A stretch of 64,000 nucleotides of DNA. Origin: Dongia mobilis (GTDB taxonomy: Bacteria > Pseudomonadota > Alphaproteobacteria > Dongiales > Dongiaceae). The first letter of the stretch is position 1; each line of letters starts with the position of its first letter. This document shows, piece after piece, positions 53,746 through 62,895 of this stretch. The stretch is taken from assembly GCA_945906275.1 (NCBI GenBank), contig CAMDRA010000001.1, positions 8,504 to 72,503 of the forward strand. Reading direction: 5' to 3'. A program made the position numbers and the translations under genes. Below the pieces are notes generated by a model. It saw nothing but the letters and a program-made list of their open reading frames with translations. It did no database searches and had not been told where the DNA came from.

Positions 53746-55581
53746 TTAGTACACGCGGGCTTTGGGCGGGAAGACCTGGACGTCGTTGGTCAAGGTCGTC
53801 ATGTGCACCGGGCGGGAGTCGAGACGGACCTTGCCGTCTTCGCCCAGCCACGAAATGCTGTGCTTCATCCATTTTTCGTCGTTGCGGTCCGGGAAATCCT
53901 CGCGCGCATGGGCGCCGCGGCTTTCCTCGCGGTTGGTGGCGGATTCGATCGAGACCTTCGCCTGGTACATGAGATTGTCGAGCTCCAGCGTCTCGGCAAG
54001 ATCGCTGTTCCAGATCAGGGATCGGTCCTCGACCTTCACCCGGTCGCGCTGGTTCCAGACATCGTTGATCTTGGCGACACCTTCCGAGAGCGTCTTGCCC
54101 GTGCGATAGACCGCGCAATCGTTCTGCATGATCTTCTGCATGTCGAGGCGCAGCTTCGAGGTCGGAATATCGCCCTTGGCATTGCGCAATTTGTCGAGGC
54201 GCGCGATCGCCATGTCGCCGGCATTCTTCGGCAGGTTGCGATGGGCCTCGCCCGGCTTCACGATCTCCGCGGCCCGGATCGCGGCCGAGCGGCCGAAGAC
54301 AACGAGATCGAGCAGCGAATTGGAGCCCAACCGATTGGCGCCGTGAACCGAGACGCAGGCTGCCTCGCCGATCGCCATCAGGCCGGGGACGACACTGTCC
54401 GGATTGCCGTCTTTCTTGGTGACGACCTCGGTCCGGAAATTGGTGGGCACACCGCCCATGTTGTAATGGCAGGTCGGCAGCACCGGGATGGGTTCGCGCG
54501 TCACGTCGACGCCGGCAAAGATGCGCGCCGTTTCCGAAATGCCCGGCAGGCGTTCATGAATGATCTTCGGGTCGAGATGCTCGATATGAAGATGGATATG
54601 GTCCTTGTTGGGACCGACACCACGGCCGTCGCGGATTTCCATCGTCATCGCGCGGGAGACGACATCGCGCGAGGCCAGATCCTTCGCCGACGGCGCATAG
54701 CGTTCCATGAAACGCTCGCCTTCGGAATTGGTCAGATACCCACCTTCGCCGCGCACACCTTCGGTGATGAGGCAGCCGGCGCCATAGATGCCGGTCGGGT
54801 GGAACTGGATGAATTCCATGTCCTGCAGCGGCAAACCGGCGCGCAGCGCCATCGCGTTGCCGTCGCCGGTGCAGGTATGGGCGGATGTGGCCGAGAAGAA
54901 CACGCGGCCATAACCGCCGGTCGCCAGGACAACGAGCTTGGCGTGGAAGCGATGCATCTTACCGTCGTCCAAATTCCAGGCAACGACGCCGACGCAGGCG
55001 CCGTCATCATCCATGATGAGGTCGAGGGCGAAATATTCGACGAAGAATTCGGCGCGGTGCTTCAGCGCCTGCTGATAGAGCGTGTGGAGGATCGCATGAC
55101 CCGTGCGGTCGGCGGCGGCACAGGTACGCTGCGCGATGCCCTTGCCGTATTCCGTGGTCATGCCGCCGAAGGGGCGCTGATAGATCTTGCCTTCTTCGGT
55201 GCGGCTGAAGGGCACGCCGTAATGCTCCAGCTCGACGATGGCGGGGACGGCCTCGCGCACCATATATTCGATCGCATCCTGGTCGCCCAGCCAGTCCGAC
55301 CCCTTGATGGTGTCGTACATGTGCCAGCGCCAATCGTCCGGACCCATATTGCCCAGCGACGCCGAGATGCCGCCCTGTGCTGCCACGGTATGGGAGCGGG
55401 TCGGATAGACCTTGGAGATGCAGGCCGTCTTCAGGCCCTTTTCCGCCATGCCGAAGGCGGCACGGAGGCCGGCACCACCGGCGCCCACCACGACCACGTC
55501 ATAGACATGGTCGACGAAGGGATAGGCGTTCCCCGTGATGTGCGGTGCGGTGCCGGTCTGGGTATTTGCTGTATCAGCCAT
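53746..55581 (-). CDS. sdhA: succinate dehydrogenase flavoprotein subunit
   Basis: [24 protein letters not shown] (FAD-linking His), [18 protein letters not shown]. Confidence 0.95.
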   Translation of the reverse strand: MADTANTQTGTAPHITGNAYPFVDHVYDVVVVGAGGAGLRAAFGMAEKGLKTACISKVYPTRSHTVAAQGGISASLGNMGPDDWRWHMYDTIKGSDWLGDQDAIEYMVREAVPAIVELEHYGVPFSRTEEGKIYQRPFGGMTTEYGKGIAQRTCAAADRTGHAILHTLYQQALKHRAEFFVEYFALDLIMDDDGACVGVVAWNLDDGKMHRFHAKLVVLATGGYGRVFFSATSAHTCTGDGNAMALRAGLPLQDMEFIQFHPTGIYGAGCLITEGVRGEGGYLTNSEGERFMERYAPSAKDLASRDVVSRAMTMEIRDGRGVGPNKDHIHLHIEHLDPKIIHERLPGISETARIFAGVDVTREPIPVLPTCHYNMGGVPTNFRTEVVTKKDGNPDSVVPGLMAIGEAACVSVHGANRLGSNSLLDLVVFGRSAAIRAAEIVKPGEAHRNLPKNAGDMAIARLDKLRNAKGDIPTSKLRLDMQKIMQNDCAVYRTGKTLSEGVAKINDVWNQRDRVKVEDRSLIWNSDLAETLELDNLMYQAKVSIESATNREESRGAHAREDFPDRNDEKWMKHSISWLGEDGKVRLDSRPVHMTTLTNDVQVFPPKARVY

Positions 55582-55608
55582 GATGCTTCACTTCTTGATA
55601 TGTACGGC

Positions 55609-56004
55609 TCAGCCGGCGAAGGCGATCACCAGCAGCGAGACGATCGCCGCGACGACCAGCGCCACGCCGCCCATCGGCAGCAGAATAAGCAGGATGAGTT
55701 TGGTCGGCTGGCCATGGATGTAATCCTCGACCACCACCTGCAGGCCCAGCACCGCGTGATAGACGGTGATGAGGATGGTGAGTCCGAGCGCCCCCAGGGT
55801 GAACGGGCCGGAAAGCCAGGCGCTGACCACCGCGTAATCGGCGCCCGCATTGCAGACCAGCGACGCCACCAGCCACAGGCTCAAGGGAATGAGCGCCAGC
55901 GCCGACATGCGCTGCGCCCACCAATGATGGACACCTTCATGGGCCGAACCCAGGCCCCGCGCGCGGCCGAGGCGGGAGCGCAGCGAATTCTCAGGACCGC
56001 TCAT
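55609..56004 (-). CDS. sdhD: succinate dehydrogenase membrane anchor subunit
   Basis: In-frame ATG at 56004 within ORF 55609..56571. GVHHWWAQRMSALALIPL.. with 3 TM segments and haem His. Overlaps the sdhC stop by 1 nt (TGATG). Confidence 0.85.
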   Translation of the reverse strand: MSGPENSLRSRLGRARGLGSAHEGVHHWWAQRMSALALIPLSLWLVASLVCNAGADYAVVSAWLSGPFTLGALGLTILITVYHAVLGLQVVVEDYIHGQPTKLILLILLPMGGVALVVAAIVSLLVIAFAG

Positions 56005-56423
56005 CAGAACGCCCCCATCTGGAAATAGCCGATGACCCAGGCGGCGATGGTGAGCACCGCCGTGCCGATCAGCACCGCATAGCCAGATCTGTAGGCAGCG
56101 GGCAGCTCGAAGCCGAAGCCCGCATCCCAGGCCAGATGCCGGATGCCGTTGAGGAGATGATAGAAGAACGCGACCGACCAGCCGAGCAGCAGCAGGCGCC
56201 CGATGAGGCTGCCGTTGAAGTCCTGCAGCCGGTCGAAGGTCTCGGCCCCGCCCGCCACGGCCAGCAGCCAGCACAGCAGGTAAAGAACGCCCGCCGAGAG
56301 CGCGATGCCGGAGAAGCGGTGCAGGATCGAGGTGATCGAGGTGAGCTGCGGCTTGTAGACCTGCAGATGCGGTGAGAGCGGTCTTGGATGGGGCTTCACC
56401 CCGTTCGACAGGCTTTCGGCCAT
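56004..56423 (-). CDS. sdhC: succinate dehydrogenase cytochrome b556 subunit
   Basis: ORF 56004..56462 trimmed to ATG at 56423. RPLSPHLQVYKPQLTSITSILHRFSGIAL is the SdhC signature. Confidence 0.9.
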   Translation of the reverse strand: MAESLSNGVKPHPRPLSPHLQVYKPQLTSITSILHRFSGIALSAGVLYLLCWLLAVAGGAETFDRLQDFNGSLIGRLLLLGWSVAFFYHLLNGIRHLAWDAGFGFELPAAYRSGYAVLIGTAVLTIAAWVIGYFQMGAF

Positions 56424-56662
56424 GATATTTCCCGTCCGATGCCCTGCGCCGCCCCTTGGCAAGACCCTGAGCTGGGCCCTTTGGGTGGTGGCGACGCAAG
56501 CTGGTTTGCCTCAGGAATCCAACGCCATCCCGGACCGGATCCCCTGGGTCTTGAACCTTGATACGGTCCAAATGCTTCCGCGGTGCAGCAGAAGGCGTGA
56601 TCTTGATACTTAATTGTTACCGCACCGTCAACGAACACACGCCGATAGCGACATTTAAGCGC

Positions 56663-57739
56663 CTAGCCGCGCCGTTTCATCAACACCGTATAGTCGAGGT
56701 CCAGCACGACGCAATCTGGATATTTTCCTGTCGCACCGGGGCTATTTGACTCGGCACCTGGGAAACCGGCGCAGGGCTGGTCCTTGGTGGCGATGGTGCG
56801 CAGGCGCAGCGCCCCCACATCGGGCCGCCCCGGCAGCTCGATCTTCTCGACCACCTCCGACCAGGCGTAGATCGTGTCGCCGGCAAAGCTCGGGTTCACG
56901 TGGCGCCCGCCATTGATGGCGGCGATCCGGAACGCATTGGCAAGCCCGTTGAACGACAAGGCGCGGGCCAGGCTGATGATATGCCCGCCATAGATGAGGC
57001 GCCGGCCGAACCGCCCCTGCCCCTCGGTATGCTGGTTGAAATGCACCTTGGCATTGTTCTGGTAGAGCCGCGTCGCGGTCATGTGGTCCGACTCTTCCAG
57101 CGTCATGCCGTCGACATGATCGATCCGCTCACCCGCCACATAATCGTCCCAGAGAAAGGGTGAGCCCGCGAGCTCGTCATCATAGGCGGCGAGATCCAGT
57201 TCCCCCGGCACCTCGATATCGGCGATATCGAGCACCGGCGGCAGATCCGGCACGGAAGGTTCCGGCGCCGGCGCCAGGCGATCGCGTTTCCGCACCATCA
57301 CCCAGCGCACATAATCCAGCACGATCTCGCCCGCCTGGTTGCGGCCCACGGAATGCACATAGACGATGCCGGTCTCGTGGTTCGAGTTTTCCTTGAGCCC
57401 GATCACCTTCGACTGCGCGATGATCGTGTCGCCGGCATAAAGCGGCACGCCGAAGCGCCCGACCGCGTAGCCGAGATTGGCGACGGCATTGAGCGAAATA
57501 TCGGCGACCGTGCGCCCGAAGATGAGATGGAAGGCCAGCATGTCGTCGATCGGCGCCGAGGGCAGGCCCAGGCTCTGCGCAAAACTGTCCGACGAATGCA
57601 GCGCAAAGCGCGATCCGGTAAGCCCGATATAGAGGGCCACATCCCCCTCGCTCACCGTGCGCGGAATGGCATGGAGGATATCCTGCCCGAGCCTGAAATC
57701 CTCAAAGAAGTTGCCTGGGTTGGTTTTCGGTGTGGTCAC
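56663..57739 (-). CDS. mch: double MaoC-domain dehydratase, mesaconyl-CoA hydratase-like
   Basis: ORF 56663..57790 with GTG at 57739 (VTTPKTNPGNFFEDFRLGQ..). As I recall it, the N-terminus closely parallels Rhodobacter-type Mch. The MaoC assignment is firm; the specific function is tentative. Confidence 0.65.
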   Translation of the reverse strand: MTTPKTNPGNFFEDFRLGQDILHAIPRTVSEGDVALYIGLTGSRFALHSSDSFAQSLGLPSAPIDDMLAFHLIFGRTVADISLNAVANLGYAVGRFGVPLYAGDTIIAQSKVIGLKENSNHETGIVYVHSVGRNQAGEIVLDYVRWVMVRKRDRLAPAPEPSVPDLPPVLDIADIEVPGELDLAAYDDELAGSPFLWDDYVAGERIDHVDGMTLEESDHMTATRLYQNNAKVHFNQHTEGQGRFGRRLIYGGHIISLARALSFNGLANAFRIAAINGGRHVNPSFAGDTIYAWSEVVEKIELPGRPDVGALRLRTIATKDQPCAGFPGAESNSPGATGKYPDCVVLDLDYTVLMKRRG

Positions 57740-57828
57740 GCGGCGGCCTCGTATATGCTGGTCTCTGGTCAGGCTCACAGCATATCGCATAGGCTGTTGC
57801 AGCAGGCAAATTTACGTAAGGCAGCATC

Positions 57829-58590
57829 ATGACCCGAACCATCCTCATCACCGGCGCTAGCCGCGGCATCGGGCGCGCAGTCGCCATCCAGTGCGGCAGG
57901 CGCGGCTGGTCGGTCGGCGTCAATTATGCCGGCAATGAGCAGGCGGCCATGGCGACCGTGACCGCAATCGAGGCGGCTGGCGGCAAGGCCATCGCCATCC
58001 AGGGCGATGTCGCGGTTGAGTCCGACGTCATCCGCATGTTCGATGCGACCGAAAAGGCCTTCGGCCCGATCACCGGTGTCGTCAACAATGCCGGCATCGT
58101 GGCGCCGGGCATGAAACTCGTCGACATGACTGCCGAGCGCTTTGCCCGCATGTTCGCCGTCAATGTCACCGGCGCCTATCTGGTGGCGCGCGAAACGGCG
58201 CGGCGGATGGGCACCGATCGCGGTGGCCCCCATGGTCCAAATCTGGGCGGCAGCCTCGTCAACCTTTCCTCGGCGGCGGCACGCCTCGGTTCGCCCAATG
58301 AATATGTCGATTATGCGGGCTCCAAAGGTGCCATCGACACGATGACCATCGGCCTCTCCAAGGAGTTGGCCCCCGTGGGCATCCGCGTCAACGCGATCCG
58401 CCCCGGCCTCATCGACACCGAGATCCACGCCAGCGGCGGCGAACCCGGCCGCGCCTTTCGCCTGGCCTCTATGGTCCCCCTCGCCCGCCCCGGCACGGCG
58501 GATGAGGTGGCGAACGCCATCCTCTTCCTGCTCTCCGACGAGTCTGCCTACATCACCGGGGCCCTGCTTGATGTGAGCGGCGGGCGGTAA
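57829..58590 (+). CDS. SDR family oxidoreductase
   Basis: TGASRGIGRAVA cofactor motif, NNAG, and YAGSKGA catalytic Tyr/Lys. Confidence 0.88.
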   Translation: MTRTILITGASRGIGRAVAIQCGRRGWSVGVNYAGNEQAAMATVTAIEAAGGKAIAIQGDVAVESDVIRMFDATEKAFGPITGVVNNAGIVAPGMKLVDMTAERFARMFAVNVTGAYLVARETARRMGTDRGGPHGPNLGGSLVNLSSAAARLGSPNEYVDYAGSKGAIDTMTIGLSKELAPVGIRVNAIRPGLIDTEIHASGGEPGRAFRLASMVPLARPGTADEVANAILFLLSDESAYITGALLDVSGGR

Positions 58591-58694
58591 GACCCCGACT
58601 GTATCCAGACATGATCGGCGTTGCGTGGGGTTCGGCGATTGCCTAGGCTCGGCGCCTGTGATTTTCGTCAAATATCGGCCCAGAACCAGCAACC

Positions 58695-59540
58695 ATGCCC
58701 ATTCTCTCCATCCAGTCCGAGGTCGTTTACGGCCATGTCGGCCACCAGGCCTCGCGTTTCATCCTGGAGCGCATGGGCCATCCGGTCTGGGCGGCGCCCA
58801 CGGTGCTGTTCTCCAACCATCTCGCCCACAAGACGGTGACGGGGCGCGTGCTGCCGGCCGCCGAGGTACGCGAGCTCATCGACGGTGTCCGGAAGCTGGG
58901 CGTGCTCGGCAAAGCGAATGCGATCCTCACCGGCTATCTGGGGGCCGCCGAGACGGCCGCTTTGGTGGCCGAGGTGGTGGCCGAGGTGAAGGCGCTCAAT
59001 CCGCATGCCCTCTATATCTTCGATCCCGTCATCGGCGACCAGGGCGCCATGTATGTGAAGCCGGAGCTGGCGCTGGCCTTGTCCTCGATCCTGGTCCCCA
59101 TCGCCGACGTGCTCTCGCCCAATGTCTATGAGCTGGGACATCTCACCGGGCTGGAGGTTCATTCGCGCGCACAGGCGGTGGATGCACTCCATGCCCTGGC
59201 GAAACGCACGCCGGCCCGCGCCATCATCGGCACCGGCATCCCCGATCCCGATCACCCCGACGAACTCGCCGTGCTGGCCCTGGCGCGCAGCGGCAAGTGG
59301 GACCCCGGCACCATCTCGATGGCGGTAACCCGCCGCCACCCGATCTTTGCGTCGGGCACGGGCGACGCCTTCGCCGCCCTCTTCACCGCCCGCTACCTCC
59401 GCGACCAGAATCTGAAAAGCGCCATCGCGGCGGCCGTCGCCGGCATGAGCCACATCGTCGCCGAAACCGCCGCCACCGGCTCCGATGAACTGAAGATCAT
59501 CGAGACCCAGGACAAGTGGGTGGCGGCGCTCGGGGCGTGA
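58695..59540 (+). CDS. pdxY: pyridoxal kinase
   Basis: ILSIQSEVVYGHVGHQAS.F.L..MG..V...PTV.FSNH, DPVIGD, GTGDAFAALF are ribokinase-fold PdxY/PdxK motifs. Confidence 0.88.
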   Translation: MPILSIQSEVVYGHVGHQASRFILERMGHPVWAAPTVLFSNHLAHKTVTGRVLPAAEVRELIDGVRKLGVLGKANAILTGYLGAAETAALVAEVVAEVKALNPHALYIFDPVIGDQGAMYVKPELALALSSILVPIADVLSPNVYELGHLTGLEVHSRAQAVDALHALAKRTPARAIIGTGIPDPDHPDELAVLALARSGKWDPGTISMAVTRRHPIFASGTGDAFAALFTARYLRDQNLKSAIAAAVAGMSHIVAETAATGSDELKIIETQDKWVAALGA

Positions 59541-59627
59541 CTGAACAACCCTAAATCATTGATATGAAGTTTTTTTCAGGGATTTTCATCGCGCAACCTC
59601 AGTTAGAACAAATAATGAACATTTCTC

Positions 59628-59656
59628 TTGCGTACGCAATAGACGTTTGGTAATTT
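59628..59656 (+). promoter_or_regulatory. candidate sigma70-type promoter for the orphan module (TTGCGT-N17-TAATTT)
   Basis: -35 at 59628..59633, a 17-nt spacer, and -10 at 59651..59656. It lies in the AT-rich spacer after pdxY, followed by GGAGGAG and the ATG at 59684. Confidence 0.3.
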
Positions 59657-59683
59657 ACGTACTCCCTTTGGAGGAGTGAAACC

Positions 59684-61840
59684 ATGCGTCCACCCGTGAA
59701 GAAGCCCCTCGACAGCCATCTCACCGACGCGCCCCAGGTTGAATCCCGGCGCGAGGGCCTCGCCGAAAAGCGGAAGCTCGCCCAGCATCTCCACGACCAG
59801 GGCATCAATCCGCTGCGCTGGACCGACGCCCATCCGGCGCCGCAATCCGATCAGGCGACATTTCGAACGACCGGCCGGAAGCCAAAGGACAACCAGTTCG
59901 AGGTCGGCGGCAAGCTCTACGATTGGTCGCCGGCCGTGACCGCAACGCCGCAACAAGCGAAGGCCATTGCTGACGCTTACATCGCTGAACGATCGGGCAA
60001 AGACGGCGGCGCTACGTCGACGCTCAAGATCGAGGATCTGGTCGACATTGGGGAGGTTCCGCTCAAGCATCCGTTCGGCACACCGCACCATGAACGTCCT
60101 GCCAATGATATGAGCCTTGCCGAAGAACGAACCGCCCTCATCCGCCACTATGCGCAAGCCGGCGTCGATCCTGATAAGGCGCATCTCGGCGATCCGGTGG
60201 ATGTAAAGGGACAGGAGCGGATGAAAGCCCAAATCGAGAAAACACCTCCGGGCGACAAGTCGGAGATCAGCGGCCTGCCCCTCTTCTATCAGGGCTTCGA
60301 CGATGGCTGGATCTACCGGCCCAACGCATCGACTCAGGAAAGCGAGGAGGTGCAGAGGATTCGGCTTGCGCAAGCCAGCGCAGAGAACGCCAATGACAAC
60401 GATCCTGAATTGGTCGAGCGCGTTGTGCAGCATTATCTGGATCGCGATTCGCGATCGGGAGCCGCATCACCCCTTCCGTCGGGCGCAGCGACACCGTCTG
60501 ATGATGATCTTGATGCTGTAGCGATGAACCGCCTGCGTAACGCCACGGCGCAGATGCCGCAGTTGATCGCCATCGTCAGAAAAACACAGGCCGGCGAGGA
60601 TCTATCCGACGAGGAAGAAGCGCAGCTGGCCGATATCAAGGAGCGCTTCGCCCAAGGTGGCATCGTGTTCGCGCCGCTCGAAGCCAATCCCGACTATATG
60701 GAGGATGTGCTCAAGGCAATGCGGCTGGAACTCAACTGGGGTCCAGCTTCGGAGATGGCCGTGCCCTTCCATGTCGCTGTCGACAATCTCAATGTCGAGG
60801 TCTCACAAGGCTTACTCGGCGGCACGATCGCCGCCGCGCGCGTCGCAAGGGGAATGCCGCTGGACCGGATGAAAGCCATTGGCCAGCTGGTGCTCGACGC
60901 GCGCCTGAATCTGCCCGCAAAGGCCCTGCTCACCGCTCTCAACACCGATCGCGCCCTAGATGGTCCGCTAGAGATGCCGGATATTTTTGAGGGCTCTGAA
61001 GACGACGCGCAGAATTCTTCTGTATCAGAAGCGCTTCCAACCGACGCAAACATGGTGGGCGCAGAACTCACCGACAGCGCAACTCCCTCAACGGCTTCGG
61101 CAATGCTGTCTTCATCTCAAGTTCTGAACAGGCTCAGCAGCGACGATGTCGCCGATATCAGCCGCATATTTGTCAGCAAGCCTTCGACGTTCAATCGAAC
61201 GCAAGCGGTTAGCATGCCTGCGGACAAGAAAGCAGACTTGCTCACCTCCGGCATGATTGATGAAATCGAGCTCTTTGGTCTGCCAATCTACCTGGCTGAC
61301 CCGCGTGGTAACGAGCAAACCCAAGATCGCATCGACAAACTCAAAACAATGGTACGCAATAAGCTCGTCGAGTGCGGTATGGAAGAGAGTTTTGAATGGG
61401 GTGGGAGGATAGAAGATGAAATTTCCAAGAGAGCGAAAGAGCGCTTCGTTCCTCCAGGAGAAAAAAGGATTCAGGGGGCGAGTCGAGCCGATTTGAGTTT
61501 CAGGATCAGCTGGTTAGGAAAGACCTATATCATCGACATCAACACGGTCGACGTTCTCAAAAACGGCTCAATGACCAAGGCCGAGCGGGTAGCTGCTGAG
61601 GGATTGAGATTAAATCGTCTCATCCGGTTGAGCATAAATGAAACTTTGCCCGAAGACAGCAAACTCGACGAATTTGAAGGGAAAATTGGCACTGTTCCCA
61701 AGGGCAAAGACATGACTGACGAAGAATGGGAAGCTGCAGCGAAGGAATGGGTCGATAGCTTTCTGGACTGTGACGGACCTCTCGAAGCCGATGTCTATCT
61801 TGATCCGGAGTCAAAGCATCCCTGGCCGGGCAAGGAGTAA
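59684..61840 (+). CDS. 718-aa acidic hypothetical protein (no family recognised; no signal peptide or TM segment)
   Basis: Single long ORF with a strong SD (GGAGGAG, 6 nt spacing). Product is D/E/S-rich. GC falls from about 60% to about 45% in the last ~200 codons (hand counts). The stop lies 5 nt before the next ATG. Confidence 0.75.
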   Translation: MRPPVKKPLDSHLTDAPQVESRREGLAEKRKLAQHLHDQGINPLRWTDAHPAPQSDQATFRTTGRKPKDNQFEVGGKLYDWSPAVTATPQQAKAIADAYIAERSGKDGGATSTLKIEDLVDIGEVPLKHPFGTPHHERPANDMSLAEERTALIRHYAQAGVDPDKAHLGDPVDVKGQERMKAQIEKTPPGDKSEISGLPLFYQGFDDGWIYRPNASTQESEEVQRIRLAQASAENANDNDPELVERVVQHYLDRDSRSGAASPLPSGAATPSDDDLDAVAMNRLRNATAQMPQLIAIVRKTQAGEDLSDEEEAQLADIKERFAQGGIVFAPLEANPDYMEDVLKAMRLELNWGPASEMAVPFHVAVDNLNVEVSQGLLGGTIAAARVARGMPLDRMKAIGQLVLDARLNLPAKALLTALNTDRALDGPLEMPDIFEGSEDDAQNSSVSEALPTDANMVGAELTDSATPSTASAMLSSSQVLNRLSSDDVADISRIFVSKPSTFNRTQAVSMPADKKADLLTSGMIDEIELFGLPIYLADPRGNEQTQDRIDKLKTMVRNKLVECGMEESFEWGGRIEDEISKRAKERFVPPGEKRIQGASRADLSFRISWLGKTYIIDINTVDVLKNGSMTKAERVAAEGLRLNRLIRLSINETLPEDSKLDEFEGKIGTVPKGKDMTDEEWEAAAKEWVDSFLDCDGPLEADVYLDPESKHPWPGKE

Positions 61841-61845
61841 CGAGT

Positions 61846-62781
61846 ATGGCTATTTCAGTAGGCGACTTGGAAAATCATGCCTGGCAACGGCAGCGGGTGG
61901 CCGCTGACATTGCATCGGAACCAACCTTCATCGGCGATCACGCATACTTGCAAAGCGCCTATTTGAACTGGGCAGATCTCGATCGGATCGCGAAGGCCAT
62001 ACTTGAGCAGTTTCCGGAAGCCGTTTTCTTCCCTGCCTGTTACAACAATCGAAATCCCAAGTATGCGCCGCCGTCGACAGCCATTGTGCCGATTTACAAG
62101 AATATAGTCGAATGCGCTTTGGATAAGACCCATATGCGTAGGCGACGCGTAACGATTCGATGGCCCTGGGCTGATGAGTTTGATAGCAGGGAGCCAAATA
62201 TTCTGGCGGGCCGCGTTGCGATAGACACCTCTCTTTCGCGCTGGGCGGCACAGCGCAAGATTGGCAGGGGCGTAAATATCGACATCCGCTTTGACGGATA
62301 CTTGCGTTTTCAAGATATTAGGATACGGAATGGCGAGCCGTATTGGGGAGACCGATCGTTGGCCGATGGCCGCCGCATATCTGAACTTGTGCCTGAAAGC
62401 TGGTGCTTTCGAGAAGGCAGCGAGGCGTCTTTGCAATGCGGTTACCATAAGAGCAGTCCGGACGACATCTACTTCGTCTAGGCGGTCAAACGCATCTGGC
62501 GGCAAAACACGACCGATATCTATGCGCTTCATGATGTCCTGACTGGAGAGCTCTGGGACAATGAGGGGCGGAGCCGCGAGCGGCGATATGGCTTCAACGC
62601 GCTGAAGCATGCCGTTGATGGCACGCGCCGCTACATTTCTATCGGCCCCAACAAGGATTACACTCGCTTCAGCGCCATCGGCCCAAGAAAGGCGCATATC
62701 AAGAAGGTTATGGCTACCATCGACAATCCGCTTGACTTCGAAACACTGCAGACACCGGACAACGAGTTGGACTTCGGGTGA
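61846..62781 (+). pseudogene. hypothetical protein, paralogue of the next ORF, interrupted by in-frame TAG at 62479..62481
   Basis: ORF-track entry 61846..62481 (SD AAGGAG). The same frame stays open for 99 further codons to TGA at 62779..62781. The downstream translation (AVKRIWRQNTTDIYALHDVLTGE..) still aligns with the paralogue (TVSSLINRLTVRTACLYDGITKE..). Confidence 0.65.
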
Positions 62782-62895
62782 CCGGACTAGCCACAAACGC
62801 ACGCGCATGAAAGTCTAAGAGATGCCTGAGGGGAAACCAGGCTCTTCTAGAATTCTCTCAGATACCATTCATCCCTCGGATGGAACGGAAGGAAC

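Noticed and set aside
61855-62808. 317-aa minus-strand ORF covering the first paralogue, and the 268-aa minus-strand ORF 63130..63936 covering the second.
   Set aside because: The plus-strand readings have SD-ATG starts, are tightly stacked behind the 718-aa ORF, and their products are recognisably paralogous to each other. The minus-strand products show no such relationship. I treat them as shadow ORFs; a GC3 or homology check would settle it.
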